Below, piece by piece: positions 8,659 to 17,698 of a DNA stretch of 20,000 nt (position 1 is the first letter of the stretch; each line of letters starts with the position of its first letter). The translations under genes were made by a program, and so were the position numbers. The notes under the pieces were generated by a model. That model was not told where the DNA came from and searched no databases. It worked only from the letters and a program-made list of their open reading frames with translations. The DNA is from an uncultured virus (IMG/VR IMGVR_UViG_3300016472_000848). Lineage: Duplodnaviria; Heunggongvirae; Uroviricota; Caudoviricetes. Location: IMG/VR virus record IMGVR_UViG_3300016472_000848, positions 108,873-128,872 of that record; one strand, 5' to 3'.

Positions 8659-8684
8659 AAAGGACCGCGAAAGCGGTCCTTTTT
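8659..8684 (+). terminator. Rho-independent terminator
   Basis: AAAGGACCGC-GAAA-GCGGTCCTTT is a perfect 10-bp stem with a GNRA loop running into a T tract, 20 nt after the stop codon of the actin gene. Confidence 0.9.
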
Positions 8685-8709
8685 CATTTGTAGAAAATAT
8701 TTATTGAAC

Positions 8710-9780
8710 ATGAATAATGATTCTTTAAAAGAAATTATTAAAGAAATAATTGTCAAAGAATTCATGGCAATTAGTTTAGGTGCCGGGAGCATGATACCTT
8801 CGGGTCAAATTGCTGGAGGACCGGCATTGCCATTGGGTGTGCCAAATAAAATTCCATCTGATATAGCATCGCCCGCCGGTAGGAAAAAAAGAAAAAGGAA
8901 AAAGAGAAAAAGCGGATTAAATGAAGCAAACTCTGTAATTGGCATGAATTTGGCTGCGTGGGGGGTAGATACACCTGAACAATTATTTGGAAGCAATTAT
9001 CTAACTGATACAGATACGGAAATGTATACAGATGGAGATGAAACAAATATTCCGAATAATAAAAATACAAAAACAAGTAAATATAAAAGCAATGCACATA
9101 AAGTAAATCCATCAAAAGATAGATTTTCTTCTAAAAAACAAAATTTCTCTTCTGGTAGAGATAGTAAAATATTAAAAACTAGTTCGCAAAAAGCTTTACA
9201 CTTGAAAAGTAAAAATCCATTTCATGAATTAATGTGGGCAGGAGATGCCTCTGTTCCAAACATCTTAAAAGTAAGATACGTTATTTTAGAAGAATATTTG
9301 AAAGAAAATTCTGGATATGTAAAAATATCAAACGAAGGACATCCTTATGTTTCTACAGCAATCATTCATCTAGACAAAGATATAACAGAAGAAACAAAAG
9401 ATGCACTAACTAATTTTTTGCAATTCTGTCAAGCAATGTTAGGAATTCAAGTTTTTCCAGAGATATATATCGTATCTGAACGTATGCCAGGGATGACTAC
9501 CGGAGCATATCTTCCAAGCCGAAAAATTGTTCTTGCATTATCTGAAAATAGATTGATGATAGATGTATTCAGAACAATTGCTCATGAATTAACTCATTGC
9601 AAGCAACATGAGCGCGGCGAGCTTGACAATCTCCCAGAACGAAAAGGCGAAGACGATATGGGCGACGTTAATACGCCATATGAAAATGAAGCCTATATGA
9701 ATTCAGGAAATTTTTCAAAAGCTTGGGCAAGGCTATATAAAGGCATGACAAGAGATGAAATCTTTTCAGCAACAATGTGA
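8710..9780 (+). CDS. Multi-segment protein with a C-terminal HEXXH zincin-like metallopeptidase domain
   Basis: ATG 8710 (the track uses TTG 8704). Contains RTIAHELTHCKQ with a downstream YENEAY. The N-terminus has an LKEIIKEII leader and a basic RKKRKRKKRK patch. Confidence 0.7.
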   Translation: MNNDSLKEIIKEIIVKEFMAISLGAGSMIPSGQIAGGPALPLGVPNKIPSDIASPAGRKKRKRKKRKSGLNEANSVIGMNLAAWGVDTPEQLFGSNYLTDTDTEMYTDGDETNIPNNKNTKTSKYKSNAHKVNPSKDRFSSKKQNFSSGRDSKILKTSSQKALHLKSKNPFHELMWAGDASVPNILKVRYVILEEYLKENSGYVKISNEGHPYVSTAIIHLDKDITEETKDALTNFLQFCQAMLGIQVFPEIYIVSERMPGMTTGAYLPSRKIVLALSENRLMIDVFRTIAHELTHCKQHERGELDNLPERKGEDDMGDVNTPYENEAYMNSGNFSKAWARLYKGMTRDEIFSATM

Positions 9781-9838
9781 ATTGTAAAACAATAAATCTT
9801 TATCCATATATTTATGAATATGGAGTAAAAAAATATAA

Positions 9839-10615
9839 ATGAGATTTATTATTGATTTATCATTGAAATTATTAACACTCGTTTACATTACGTTTTTAGC
9901 CTCCTGCAATCAAAATCAAAGAACCTTAAATCGAATCGGTAGTTCTGAATTAAATCTTGCTCTAGATTCTACAATAGCTTTTATTTCAGAAAGAAACTCC
10001 ACAGAAATAAGTCGAGCAGTAGATATTACTTGTTCTGGATTTTTCATTGAGGATCGACTTATTTTAAGTGCTCTACACTGTTTTCAAAGTACAAGAGTTT
10101 TTGTTTTACCTACAGGGGAAATGGTACAAATACCCACAGTACTAGATCCTACAGGAATAGAATTCCAGTTCGTATATCGCAATCAAATTGATCAAAGCTC
10201 TCTCATTCTTCTTAGAGAAGAAATAAATATTGCATCTGTAGTTGCAGTTGATTTAGATATGGATTTAGCAATATTATCTCTTACAGAGGATACAAATTCT
10301 AGCAATGCATATCTATCTATCTCTGATTTTGAGCCACAAATAATAGACACAGTATATACAATAGGACATCCGGTTGAATTAGCTTGGTCTATCTCTGATG
10401 GAATTATCTCTAGAATTTTATTAGATAGAAATGTAATGCAAACAAATATTACAATTGTTGGCGGATATTCTGGTGGTCCTTTACTAAATATTAGAGGTGA
10501 AGTTATTGGAGTTGCAGATTCATACATAAGAAATGTTTCGCAAGTCTCTTTCTTTGTCGGTAGACAAAGAATTCAAAATTTCTTAAGAACCTATCGTTCA
10601 CATGACTCAAGATAA
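9839..10615 (+). CDS. Trypsin-like (S1/HtrA-like) serine protease, predicted lipoprotein, no PDZ domain
   Basis: Catalytic triad motifs SALHC, DLAIL and GGYSGGPL, plus CSGF and IGHP. Lipobox LAS-C23 follows a hydrophobic stretch. GGAG lies upstream. Confidence 0.85.
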   Translation: MRFIIDLSLKLLTLVYITFLASCNQNQRTLNRIGSSELNLALDSTIAFISERNSTEISRAVDITCSGFFIEDRLILSALHCFQSTRVFVLPTGEMVQIPTVLDPTGIEFQFVYRNQIDQSSLILLREEINIASVVAVDLDMDLAILSLTEDTNSSNAYLSISDFEPQIIDTVYTIGHPVELAWSISDGIISRILLDRNVMQTNITIVGGYSGGPLLNIRGEVIGVADSYIRNVSQVSFFVGRQRIQNFLRTYRSHDSR

Positions 10616-12197
10616 ACAAATATTAAAAGAATTTATTAAATTGATTATAGAGAATGTTTTGGACAAGATGGGTGCCCAGCATGTTAGTACCTCTATTCGT
10701 GGCTCCTGGTTCCCTGTATACGCCTACAGAGGGGATCCTGGAATTGCTCGTCACAGAGAAGTTATGGGAAAAGTAAGAAAAAATTTACAGAGAAAAGCTT
10801 ATTCTCATGATCCTCCAAGGATGGGGCTTGGAGAAGGAATTATTAAACTTCTTGAAAGTAAAATTGAAGATACAATCAATCAATATGCAGGAAAAGATCC
10901 GCAGATATTGCAATATCTTGAATATCTTAAAAAAAATAAAATAAACTCAAAGTATGTTCCATGGGCTACTAAAATTGGAAAAGAATTTATAGAAAAAAAT
11001 AAAGAATCAATAGATGGAGATGTCCTATGGAATCTTTCTGGCATTGTAGTCAATGTAACTTCTAGATTTGAAGATTTATCTAAAAAAAATTTAATTCCAG
11101 CAGATAAAAAAGATCATACAAAATATAAAACATTAAAAGATTTAGAAGATAGTGTACTTGACACTGAAGATACTGCTAGAGAAAAGAAAACAAAAAATAT
11201 AGCTAAAAAAAATGTCAAAAAAATTTATGAAAATGATACATATATCATTTTAGAACCAGCCTCCCAAGAGGCTTCTTGTGTATATGGAAAAGGAACTAAG
11301 TGGTGCATATCATCTACTGATGATCGGAATTATTTTGATGACTACGTGAAACGAGACGTTAGATTTTTATTTATTATCAATAAAAAAACTGAAGATAAAG
11401 ATGCAATTTCATTTTCTGGAGATATTCCTACAATAGAAATACATTCCGCTAATGATTATTCGCAAGATATAAATTATATTGAAGAAAAATATGATGAAAA
11501 TATTCTCAAAGCTCTCAATAAATTCCTAACTCCAATTATTGACACAACTCCATTTTTCACCCTTACAGAAAATGATATAAAAGAAGATCCATATTCTATT
11601 GTAAATGATTGGCAATTATTCGAAAGAATAATGAAAGAAAAACCGAAGTTTGGATATAGCATAATCCAAGCATTATCTACTGATGGGGCTTTTAAAGAAT
11701 TATTGATAAATGAAAAAAAACCTATAAAAATTGCAAATCGAATCACTAAAGGTATAGAAAGTTTATTTTATACAGATATTGTTAACGATACTGAAAAAGT
11801 ACGCAATTTATTAAAATTTATTGAAAATAATAAATTACAGATATCTGAACGAATTCTGCAAATGATGATTGCGAAAATAATATCCGATAAAGAAAAAATT
11901 AAATTTGCCTTGATTCTTCTTATTGTGGCAGGGCAGTCTATTGCAAAAAGTACTATAGAAAGTTATTTAAAAAATTCAAATTTAAAAGAAAAGTTCGAAG
12001 AACTTCAAAAACTTCAAAATTTTTTTATGAGGATACATTTTTTCCTTCCCGAACGATTAAAGCGTTCCGTGGAAGACGACTGGGAATCTTTTATGAACAA
12101 AAAAGAAAATCTTAATCAAGGACTAGAAACCTTATTAAAAATCGGTGATAAATATAAATGGAATTTTACAGGCGCAGTAAAAGAGCTAGTAAAGTAA
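10602..12197 (+). CDS. Large-phage hypothetical protein with a YGxGTKWC domain
   Basis: 531-aa ORF containing IYENDTYIILEPASQEASCVYGKGTKWCIS...YFDDY, a motif I recognise as recurrent in large-phage proteins. Has an LKEFIKLIIE leader. Function unknown. Confidence 0.65.
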   Translation: MTQDKQILKEFIKLIIENVLDKMGAQHVSTSIRGSWFPVYAYRGDPGIARHREVMGKVRKNLQRKAYSHDPPRMGLGEGIIKLLESKIEDTINQYAGKDPQILQYLEYLKKNKINSKYVPWATKIGKEFIEKNKESIDGDVLWNLSGIVVNVTSRFEDLSKKNLIPADKKDHTKYKTLKDLEDSVLDTEDTAREKKTKNIAKKNVKKIYENDTYIILEPASQEASCVYGKGTKWCISSTDDRNYFDDYVKRDVRFLFIINKKTEDKDAISFSGDIPTIEIHSANDYSQDINYIEEKYDENILKALNKFLTPIIDTTPFFTLTENDIKEDPYSIVNDWQLFERIMKEKPKFGYSIIQALSTDGAFKELLINEKKPIKIANRITKGIESLFYTDIVNDTEKVRNLLKFIENNKLQISERILQMMIAKIISDKEKIKFALILLIVAGQSIAKSTIESYLKNSNLKEKFEELQKLQNFFMRIHFFLPERLKRSVEDDWESFMNKKENLNQGLETLLKIGDKYKWNFTGAVKELVK

Positions 12198-12250
12198 TTG
12201 ATACAAACCAACAGATATAAAAGAATAATTTCATGTGCTACTCTTAACAG

Positions 12251-12610
12251 ATGCTAAATTGGTTTAAAAGTCTGTTTGATAAACAAGATTCTAAAAAAGA
12301 TAAAAATTTAAAATCAATTCAAAAAATTGCTAGCGAATTAGTTGTTGGCGATGAAGTTCTTGTATCTTTCAAAGATCCTAATAAAATATTTTCTCCGCAT
12401 CCACCTTCTAGATGGAATTTGAGCGAAGAAGAAAATAATAGGGGTTCTTTAAAAGGCACTATAACATTAATTTTAGAAGAATCTAATAGTATAACCGGGT
12501 TAGAGTTATCTTGTATTTGTCTAGGAAATGGACAAAACAAGTGGAGAAGTACAATTTTTTTCCTAGATGAAATCCGGGATATAAAACTGTTGAAATTTGA
12601 TAAGGAATGA
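12251..12610 (+). CDS. Hypothetical protein
   Basis: 119-aa ORF co-oriented with and packed against its neighbours. No motif recognised. Confidence 0.6.
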   Translation: MLNWFKSLFDKQDSKKDKNLKSIQKIASELVVGDEVLVSFKDPNKIFSPHPPSRWNLSEEENNRGSLKGTITLILEESNSITGLELSCICLGNGQNKWRSTIFFLDEIRDIKLLKFDKE

Positions 12611-12611
12611 T

Positions 12612-12881
12612 ATGAAAAAATTACACATTTATTCTCAATATCAACAGCATGATGATGCAGTAATAATCGGAACAAGAGAAGCTTTAGAAGCTCTGCAAAA
12701 GGCGCTTAATCAACTTATTTCTTCTGGCAAATCAGAAAAAGATGTTAAAGTTGAATTCGAATGCCATGATGGAGAAAGTTATGATTTGTTTATTCAAATG
12801 AAGCCAGATCTTGGAGATGATAATCTTCCTTATATTTCTTGGAAAAATGGGATGGAGAAAGTGTATGAAAAAAGAATTTGA
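12612..12881 (+). CDS. Hypothetical phage protein
   Basis: ATG 12612 with AAGGA at 12602-12606, starting 1 nt after the previous stop. Sequence MKKLHIYSQ...IIGTREALEAL...DGESYDL. Confidence 0.65.
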   Translation: MKKLHIYSQYQQHDDAVIIGTREALEALQKALNQLISSGKSEKDVKVEFECHDGESYDLFIQMKPDLGDDNLPYISWKNGMEKVYEKRI

Positions 12882-13602
12882 TATCAAACAATTATTTCGT
12901 AAAGAAACAGTTTTAGACAAAGGACATGTTGAATTAATGGATGGCATGATAACGCATCCTATGTTGAAAGTTGTTAATTCTGCAAGAGTTTCTTTCTTGA
13001 AAGAAGCAAAAGAATTAACAGAACGTGATGCTAAACTTATAAAATTTTTAATTGATCATGAACATTTTTCAACTTTGCGTCATTCTTATTTTTCTTTTAG
13101 AATAAAAGCACCTCTCTGTGTTTTCCGTCAATGGTGGAAATATCAGATAGGTTCTCAATGGCTTGAAAATGAAAATGTTGGTTCAATTGAAATTCAAGAT
13201 ACTTCATGGAATGAAGCCTCCGGAAGATATGTGGAATTTGAACCAGAATTTTATATTCCAGAAATAATTCGAATTCAATCCAAAGACAATAAGCAGGGCA
13301 GTCATGGCAAGCTTGAAGCTTTGGAAAGCGGTGTTGATCCAGTAGATTTCTTTAGAAATGTTTGTGATTTTCAATATCAAAACTATAAAGCAATCGTGAG
13401 TGCTGGCGGAGCAAAAGAACAAGCAAGAATGCTTCTTCCGCAAAATATTTATTCCGAATGTATCTGGACTTGTTCTTTGCAAACAATTCTATTTTTTCTT
13501 CATCAACGTCTTAAAGAAGATGCTCAATGGGAAATTAGAGAATATGCAAAAGCTATTAAAAATTTAGTACAACCAATTCTTATTGATGATATCATTAAGT
13601 GA
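12865..13602 (+). CDS. thyX: Flavin-dependent thymidylate synthase
   Basis: Likely start ATG 12865 with GGAG at 12854-12857. Motifs VVNSARVSF, HEHFSTLRH, APLCVFRQW, SWNEASGRY, AKEQARMLLP and AQWEIREYA. Confidence 0.92.
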   Translation: MKKEFDIKQLFRKETVLDKGHVELMDGMITHPMLKVVNSARVSFLKEAKELTERDAKLIKFLIDHEHFSTLRHSYFSFRIKAPLCVFRQWWKYQIGSQWLENENVGSIEIQDTSWNEASGRYVEFEPEFYIPEIIRIQSKDNKQGSHGKLEALESGVDPVDFFRNVCDFQYQNYKAIVSAGGAKEQARMLLPQNIYSECIWTCSLQTILFFLHQRLKEDAQWEIREYAKAIKNLVQPILIDDIIK

Positions 13603-13646
13603 TATAACCGTAGATGTTCGCTTATGATTGAAGCTGATTATATTGA

Positions 13647-15329
13647 TCAGAATATTTCACGCCAAGATAGGGAACCATAGTAATCCCTTGTGCCGGAACC
13701 AAGATGCATAACAGCCAATACAAGCTGATCTGAAATATTATTTATATCTGTACCAATCAAAAGAGAACTTCTTATATCTCCTATTGTAGCAGCATTAACC
13801 GATACACCTTGTCCAGAAACATGCCCGCTCTTAATAACTGTTCCACCTGTTAAGGTGTTGCTTATGGTTCTTGATATATCATATTCTATTGCGGAATTTG
13901 TGATAGGAACCCATGATGCTGCATCTAATCCAGCAACAGTTGGATTTAATATAAGCGCCCAAAGAAAGGTATCTGCTGATGTAGGAACCATTGATATGTC
14001 GATGGGATATATTGTTGCACCAATATAAGTATTTTTAAGTCTAATACTGATTAAAGGACAGAAAACACCGTTTGGTGCGTTTAATAATCTACTTGTTCCA
14101 CGATTGGCTGAATGCAGAGTTCCTAATATTTCTAAACCACCCTCAGAAAGAACGGTAGAGCATATTTCTGTAAGTGAACCTACCGATCCTGCTGCTGAAC
14201 TTCTTATTTCATATCTTACAGGAAGATTTGGCGTTGACATATATACGCCAGTTAGAGTATTTGCCCTATTGAACTCATGAACGTATACTGGCAATCCATT
14301 TAAAACAAATCCAGTTCTAACCCTTCCAACGCCAAGCCATTCAAGATCAATAAAACAAATTTGTGCTTTTGTTATATCAAGTGCTATTCCACTTGAGCCG
14401 CTACCATCTAATTTATCTAAATTCCACGCACTTTGACTAACTTGTGTTGTGGCCGGAGTGCTTGTGTAGTTGGAACGTAAGCAGAAATTTAAATTGCTCC
14501 CGCTTTGCTCAAAGAATATACCATTTTTATCATCATAATACCCGGTTCTCCTAATGATGTTTGAAACCGGCGAACCAAAGACAAATGATGATATAAAAAC
14601 TAAAGACTTTCCTGGTTGATAATTTATTCTTTGTTTAGATTGTTTAATAGCTAATGCACCGGCTGTACCACTAACTGACATAAGGGTGGCAGCTTGATTT
14701 TGATTATAATTTAATTGTCCATTTGATGCGCTTGTAGACCAAAACAAGTCTTGGTTATCAAATATTTGTTTACTTTCAAAAAGAGTAACTGGATTGCTAA
14801 CTCTTAGCCGACCAAATGCATCAAGCCCTGGATTATCTCTAAACCCTGCGATTGTTACGCTGCCAGACATAGCTACTGTCCAAGGATTTGTTCCTTGAGC
14901 AGCGGTTACGCTATCAGAGCCGGAATTTAAATTACGTATGTCTACGTCGCCAGAATTTAATTCATTGAATATGGCAGCAAGACTATTTGATAAAACATTT
15001 TGAGAAGCAACTATTGAACTGGAAACGTCACTATCTGCAACAATAAGCTTATTATTTACATCTTGCTGTAGTGCAATTCCATTGTCGCCATAAACTGTTA
15101 CATCATCAGTAGTATAATCTAAATCTCTGATATCAAGATTAACAGCACTAACACTTTGAGTTAATGGAAAGTTTGTTATTCCGACAGAACCGGTGACAAA
15201 TAAATCTCTTGAAGGGGCTTGTCTTAATACACCAACATCACCACTTGAAGTTACAGCAGCCGGGATATTAATCGTTGACCCTGATATTACTACGTTAACA
15301 TCACTTTGAATTGGTATATTAAATGGCAT
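13647..15329 (-). CDS. Probable virion structural protein (DAFGRLR family), S/G/T/V/N-rich and beta-rich
   Basis: 560 aa, the only long ORF on the - strand. Motifs LDAFGRLRVSNPVTLF, YQPGKS, DLEWLGVGRVRTGF, PNLPVRYEI and terminal LSWRE resemble a family I associate with large-virus structural proteins. The function is inferred. Confidence 0.65.
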   Translation of the reverse strand: MPFNIPIQSDVNVVISGSTINIPAAVTSSGDVGVLRQAPSRDLFVTGSVGITNFPLTQSVSAVNLDIRDLDYTTDDVTVYGDNGIALQQDVNNKLIVADSDVSSSIVASQNVLSNSLAAIFNELNSGDVDIRNLNSGSDSVTAAQGTNPWTVAMSGSVTIAGFRDNPGLDAFGRLRVSNPVTLFESKQIFDNQDLFWSTSASNGQLNYNQNQAATLMSVSGTAGALAIKQSKQRINYQPGKSLVFISSFVFGSPVSNIIRRTGYYDDKNGIFFEQSGSNLNFCLRSNYTSTPATTQVSQSAWNLDKLDGSGSSGIALDITKAQICFIDLEWLGVGRVRTGFVLNGLPVYVHEFNRANTLTGVYMSTPNLPVRYEIRSSAAGSVGSLTEICSTVLSEGGLEILGTLHSANRGTSRLLNAPNGVFCPLISIRLKNTYIGATIYPIDISMVPTSADTFLWALILNPTVAGLDAASWVPITNSAIEYDISRTISNTLTGGTVIKSGHVSGQGVSVNAATIGDIRSSLLIGTDINNISDQLVLAVMHLGSGTRDYYGSLSWREIF

Positions 15330-15403
15330 ATGAATCTCTCTTATATCCTATAAATATATAATGATTTGAGATAAGCTAACAGCTTGCATTACAAGAGGAA
15401 CGA

Positions 15404-15700
15404 ATGGGAAAATATAAAGAACTTGCAGAACAAATCGGAAATTTAGTTGATCAGAAAAATGCTGCTTACGGCTCAAGTTTTGATCAAGCTGGAGATTTTT
15501 TAAAACTATTATATCCAGATGGTATTCCGGTAGATTCGTATACAGATGCACTATGCATAGTTCGTATTTTTGACAAACTTAAACGATTAGGAAATGCTAG
15601 TAATTTACCTGCAAATGAAGGAAAAATTGATGCATGGAAAGACATAATTGGCTATGGCTTACTTGGTCTTTATAAAGACACGGCAACAAAAAAAGAATAA
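15404..15700 (+). CDS. DUF1599 / nucleotide-modification-associated domain 1-like protein
   Basis: Pattern KNAAYGSSF...VRIFDKLKRL...DAWKDIIGYGLL. GAGGA lies upstream of the ATG. Confidence 0.75.
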   Translation: MGKYKELAEQIGNLVDQKNAAYGSSFDQAGDFLKLLYPDGIPVDSYTDALCIVRIFDKLKRLGNASNLPANEGKIDAWKDIIGYGLLGLYKDTATKKE

Positions 15701-15757
15701 CTATATTTTAATACTAAAATATGCTATTGTAAGTTATTCTCTAACGAAAGATATAAA

Positions 15758-16681
15758 ATGCTAGGCTTATGTTGTCAAATCATTGAACCTGTTCACAAGA
15801 GAACAGGTAATATTACCTATGTCAATATTTTAGAAGAAAAAACTTTACAGTTAGGTGCTTTCCAGAGTGGAAAGTATACGAGAGAAAAAATATCTCAAAC
15901 CTATCATCATAATGTTGATCAACACATTAAGACGTTTCCCTATCTCATTAGGAACAAAATTAATTCTTTTCGTTTAACATCTGGATTATTTCCACTTTGG
16001 GAATTTAATCATGAAATGGTTAAGGCTGATGAAATTTTGCTTTCTAAATTGAAAACTCTAGGTAAATTGTTTACCGATAATAACATTCGTGTTACTTGTC
16101 ATCCTGGACAATTTACCGTGCTGTCTAGTGATAGCGTCAATGTAGTAAACAATTCTATTCGCGAGCTTGAATATCATGCATGGGTTTTTGATGTTATGGG
16201 TCTACCCCTTTCAAGCTATGCAGCTATAAATATTCATGGCGGTAAAGCGGATCGATCATCGAATATCATAAATGTATATCGTTCTCTTCCAGATAATATT
16301 CGTTTGCGTCTTACTCTAGAGAATGATGAACGATGCTATAATGTCGGTCAGCTATTGGATATCCATGATCGTTGTGGTGTTTCTGTAGTGTTTGATAGTC
16401 ACCATTTTACTTTCAATACCGGCAATATGTCATTTGCTGAAGCTTTTGATGATACTCGTGCTACCTGGGGTTCTATCAAACCATTGCAGCATATCAGCAA
16501 TACCGAGCCTGGTATGGAGGATGCTCCATTCAATCAACGGCGGGCTCATTCGCAATATATTCACTATATTCCGGATATGCAGCTAGAAGCCATGCGGGAT
16601 GATACGATTGATGTAGATGTTGAAGCTAAACACAAAAATCTTGCCATTTTTGCTTTACGAGAAAGATATAATCTTATATAA
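15758..16681 (+). CDS. uvsE: UV-damage endonuclease (UVDE)
   Basis: Motifs MLGLCC, FRLTSGLFP, HPGQFTVLSS, INIHGG, RLTLENDE, VFDSHH, HIS, RAHS and VEAKHKNLA. Confidence 0.93.
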   Translation: MLGLCCQIIEPVHKRTGNITYVNILEEKTLQLGAFQSGKYTREKISQTYHHNVDQHIKTFPYLIRNKINSFRLTSGLFPLWEFNHEMVKADEILLSKLKTLGKLFTDNNIRVTCHPGQFTVLSSDSVNVVNNSIRELEYHAWVFDVMGLPLSSYAAINIHGGKADRSSNIINVYRSLPDNIRLRLTLENDERCYNVGQLLDIHDRCGVSVVFDSHHFTFNTGNMSFAEAFDDTRATWGSIKPLQHISNTEPGMEDAPFNQRRAHSQYIHYIPDMQLEAMRDDTIDVDVEAKHKNLAIFALRERYNLI

Positions 16682-16722
16682 AAGATAAGAAAATCTATTT
16701 TCTTGAATTATGCTTTCCGTAT

Positions 16723-17070
16723 ATGAAAGCAAAAAGAAAAGCTGGTCAAAATAAGTTAGTCAAAGATAAATGTGAGATATGTGGTTTTAATAAGAGTGCC
16801 GCATTAAATCTCCATCACATTATTCCTCGATGCGATCCAAGATGCACAAATGACAATCACAATCTTGCTGTAGTATGTCATTCATGTCATGATCTTGTAC
16901 ACGCTTCGCCGCCAGAGATAACAATTGTAGGAGTATACAGTTCTACTGCTGGCAGAAAATTATTTTTCTATTATGGAGATAGCCCACCTCCAGATTTTCT
17001 TCCACGAGAATTTTGGAAGATTAAACCAGAAGAAAATCTATTGCTTGCTCGTGGTAAGCGTAACATTTGA
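16723..17070 (+). CDS. HNH endonuclease-family protein
   Basis: CEICG...LNLHHIIPR...NDNHNLAVVCHSCHDLVH. Confidence 0.85.
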   Translation: MKAKRKAGQNKLVKDKCEICGFNKSAALNLHHIIPRCDPRCTNDNHNLAVVCHSCHDLVHASPPEITIVGVYSSTAGRKLFFYYGDSPPPDFLPREFWKIKPEENLLLARGKRNI

Positions 17071-17094
17071 CATACACGACTACTAGTTTAAATT
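17067..17094 (+). promoter_or_regulatory. Possible sigma70-type promoter
   Basis: Perfect TTGACA at 17067-17072, a 16-nt spacer, then TAAATT (4/6 match to TATAAT). Weak evidence given the AT-rich background. Confidence 0.3.
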
Positions 17095-17191
17095 GCCATA
17101 ATATTTATCATCATGGAACAAAATAAAAAAGACAAAGTTTGTAAAGTCTGTCTACAAAAAAAGTCATTTAATTTATTTTCATAGGTTGGTT

Positions 17192-17698
17192 ATGGAAATA
17201 TTGTTATTTTGTATTTTATTCTTATTAGAATTACCGGCAGTTTGGTTTCTGTGGACACTTGCACATGAAGCTTCACATGTAATCGTTGCCAACATAGTAG
17301 CCGAAATAACAGACGTTAAATGGTGGCTCTATCCACATAAGGATGAAGCTGGAAACTTTTATTTTGCAAAAGTTCAATGGTTATGGGATCCAAATGAAGT
17401 CAAACCAAATGAACTGGCTTTAATATACTTAGCTCCAAGACTAATGAATATTGTAGCCGCATTAGCTTTGCCTTTTGCGGCTTTATTTCCATTACCTTGG
17501 ATGATTGCATGGATAATTTTTTGGGGAGCAGGTATTGTAGATTTCTTTGTTGGTTCTATGGGAATTAATGAATATTCTGATTTAAAAAGAGCTGCCGCAG
17601 CTTTGAATATAGAACCTAATATTATACGTATAACAGGATTCTCTGTTATTGGGTTATCCGTAATATTGTGCTTTCTTTTAATTGGATTAAGTTATTGA
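17192..17698 (+). CDS. Membrane-embedded zinc metallopeptidase, M50-like
   Basis: ATG 17192. TLAHEASH follows a hydrophobic helix, with YLAP and YSD motifs and several predicted TM segments. Confidence 0.7.
   Translation: MEILLFCILFLLELPAVWFLWTLAHEASHVIVANIVAEITDVKWWLYPHKDEAGNFYFAKVQWLWDPNEVKPNELALIYLAPRLMNIVAALALPFAALFPLPWMIAWIIFWGAGIVDFFVGSMGINEYSDLKRAAAALNIEPNIIRITGFSVIGLSVILCFLLIGLSY

Noticed and set aside
8878..8912. RKKRKRKKRK as a nuclear localisation signal implying a eukaryotic giant virus
   Set aside because: SD sequences, a Rho-independent terminator, a peptidoglycan amidase and a lipobox protein all indicate a bacterial host.
12811..12864. Longer thyX start from the ORF track
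   Set aside because: It overlaps the upstream gene by 71 nt. ATG 12865 has a GGAG SD and fits ThyX length.
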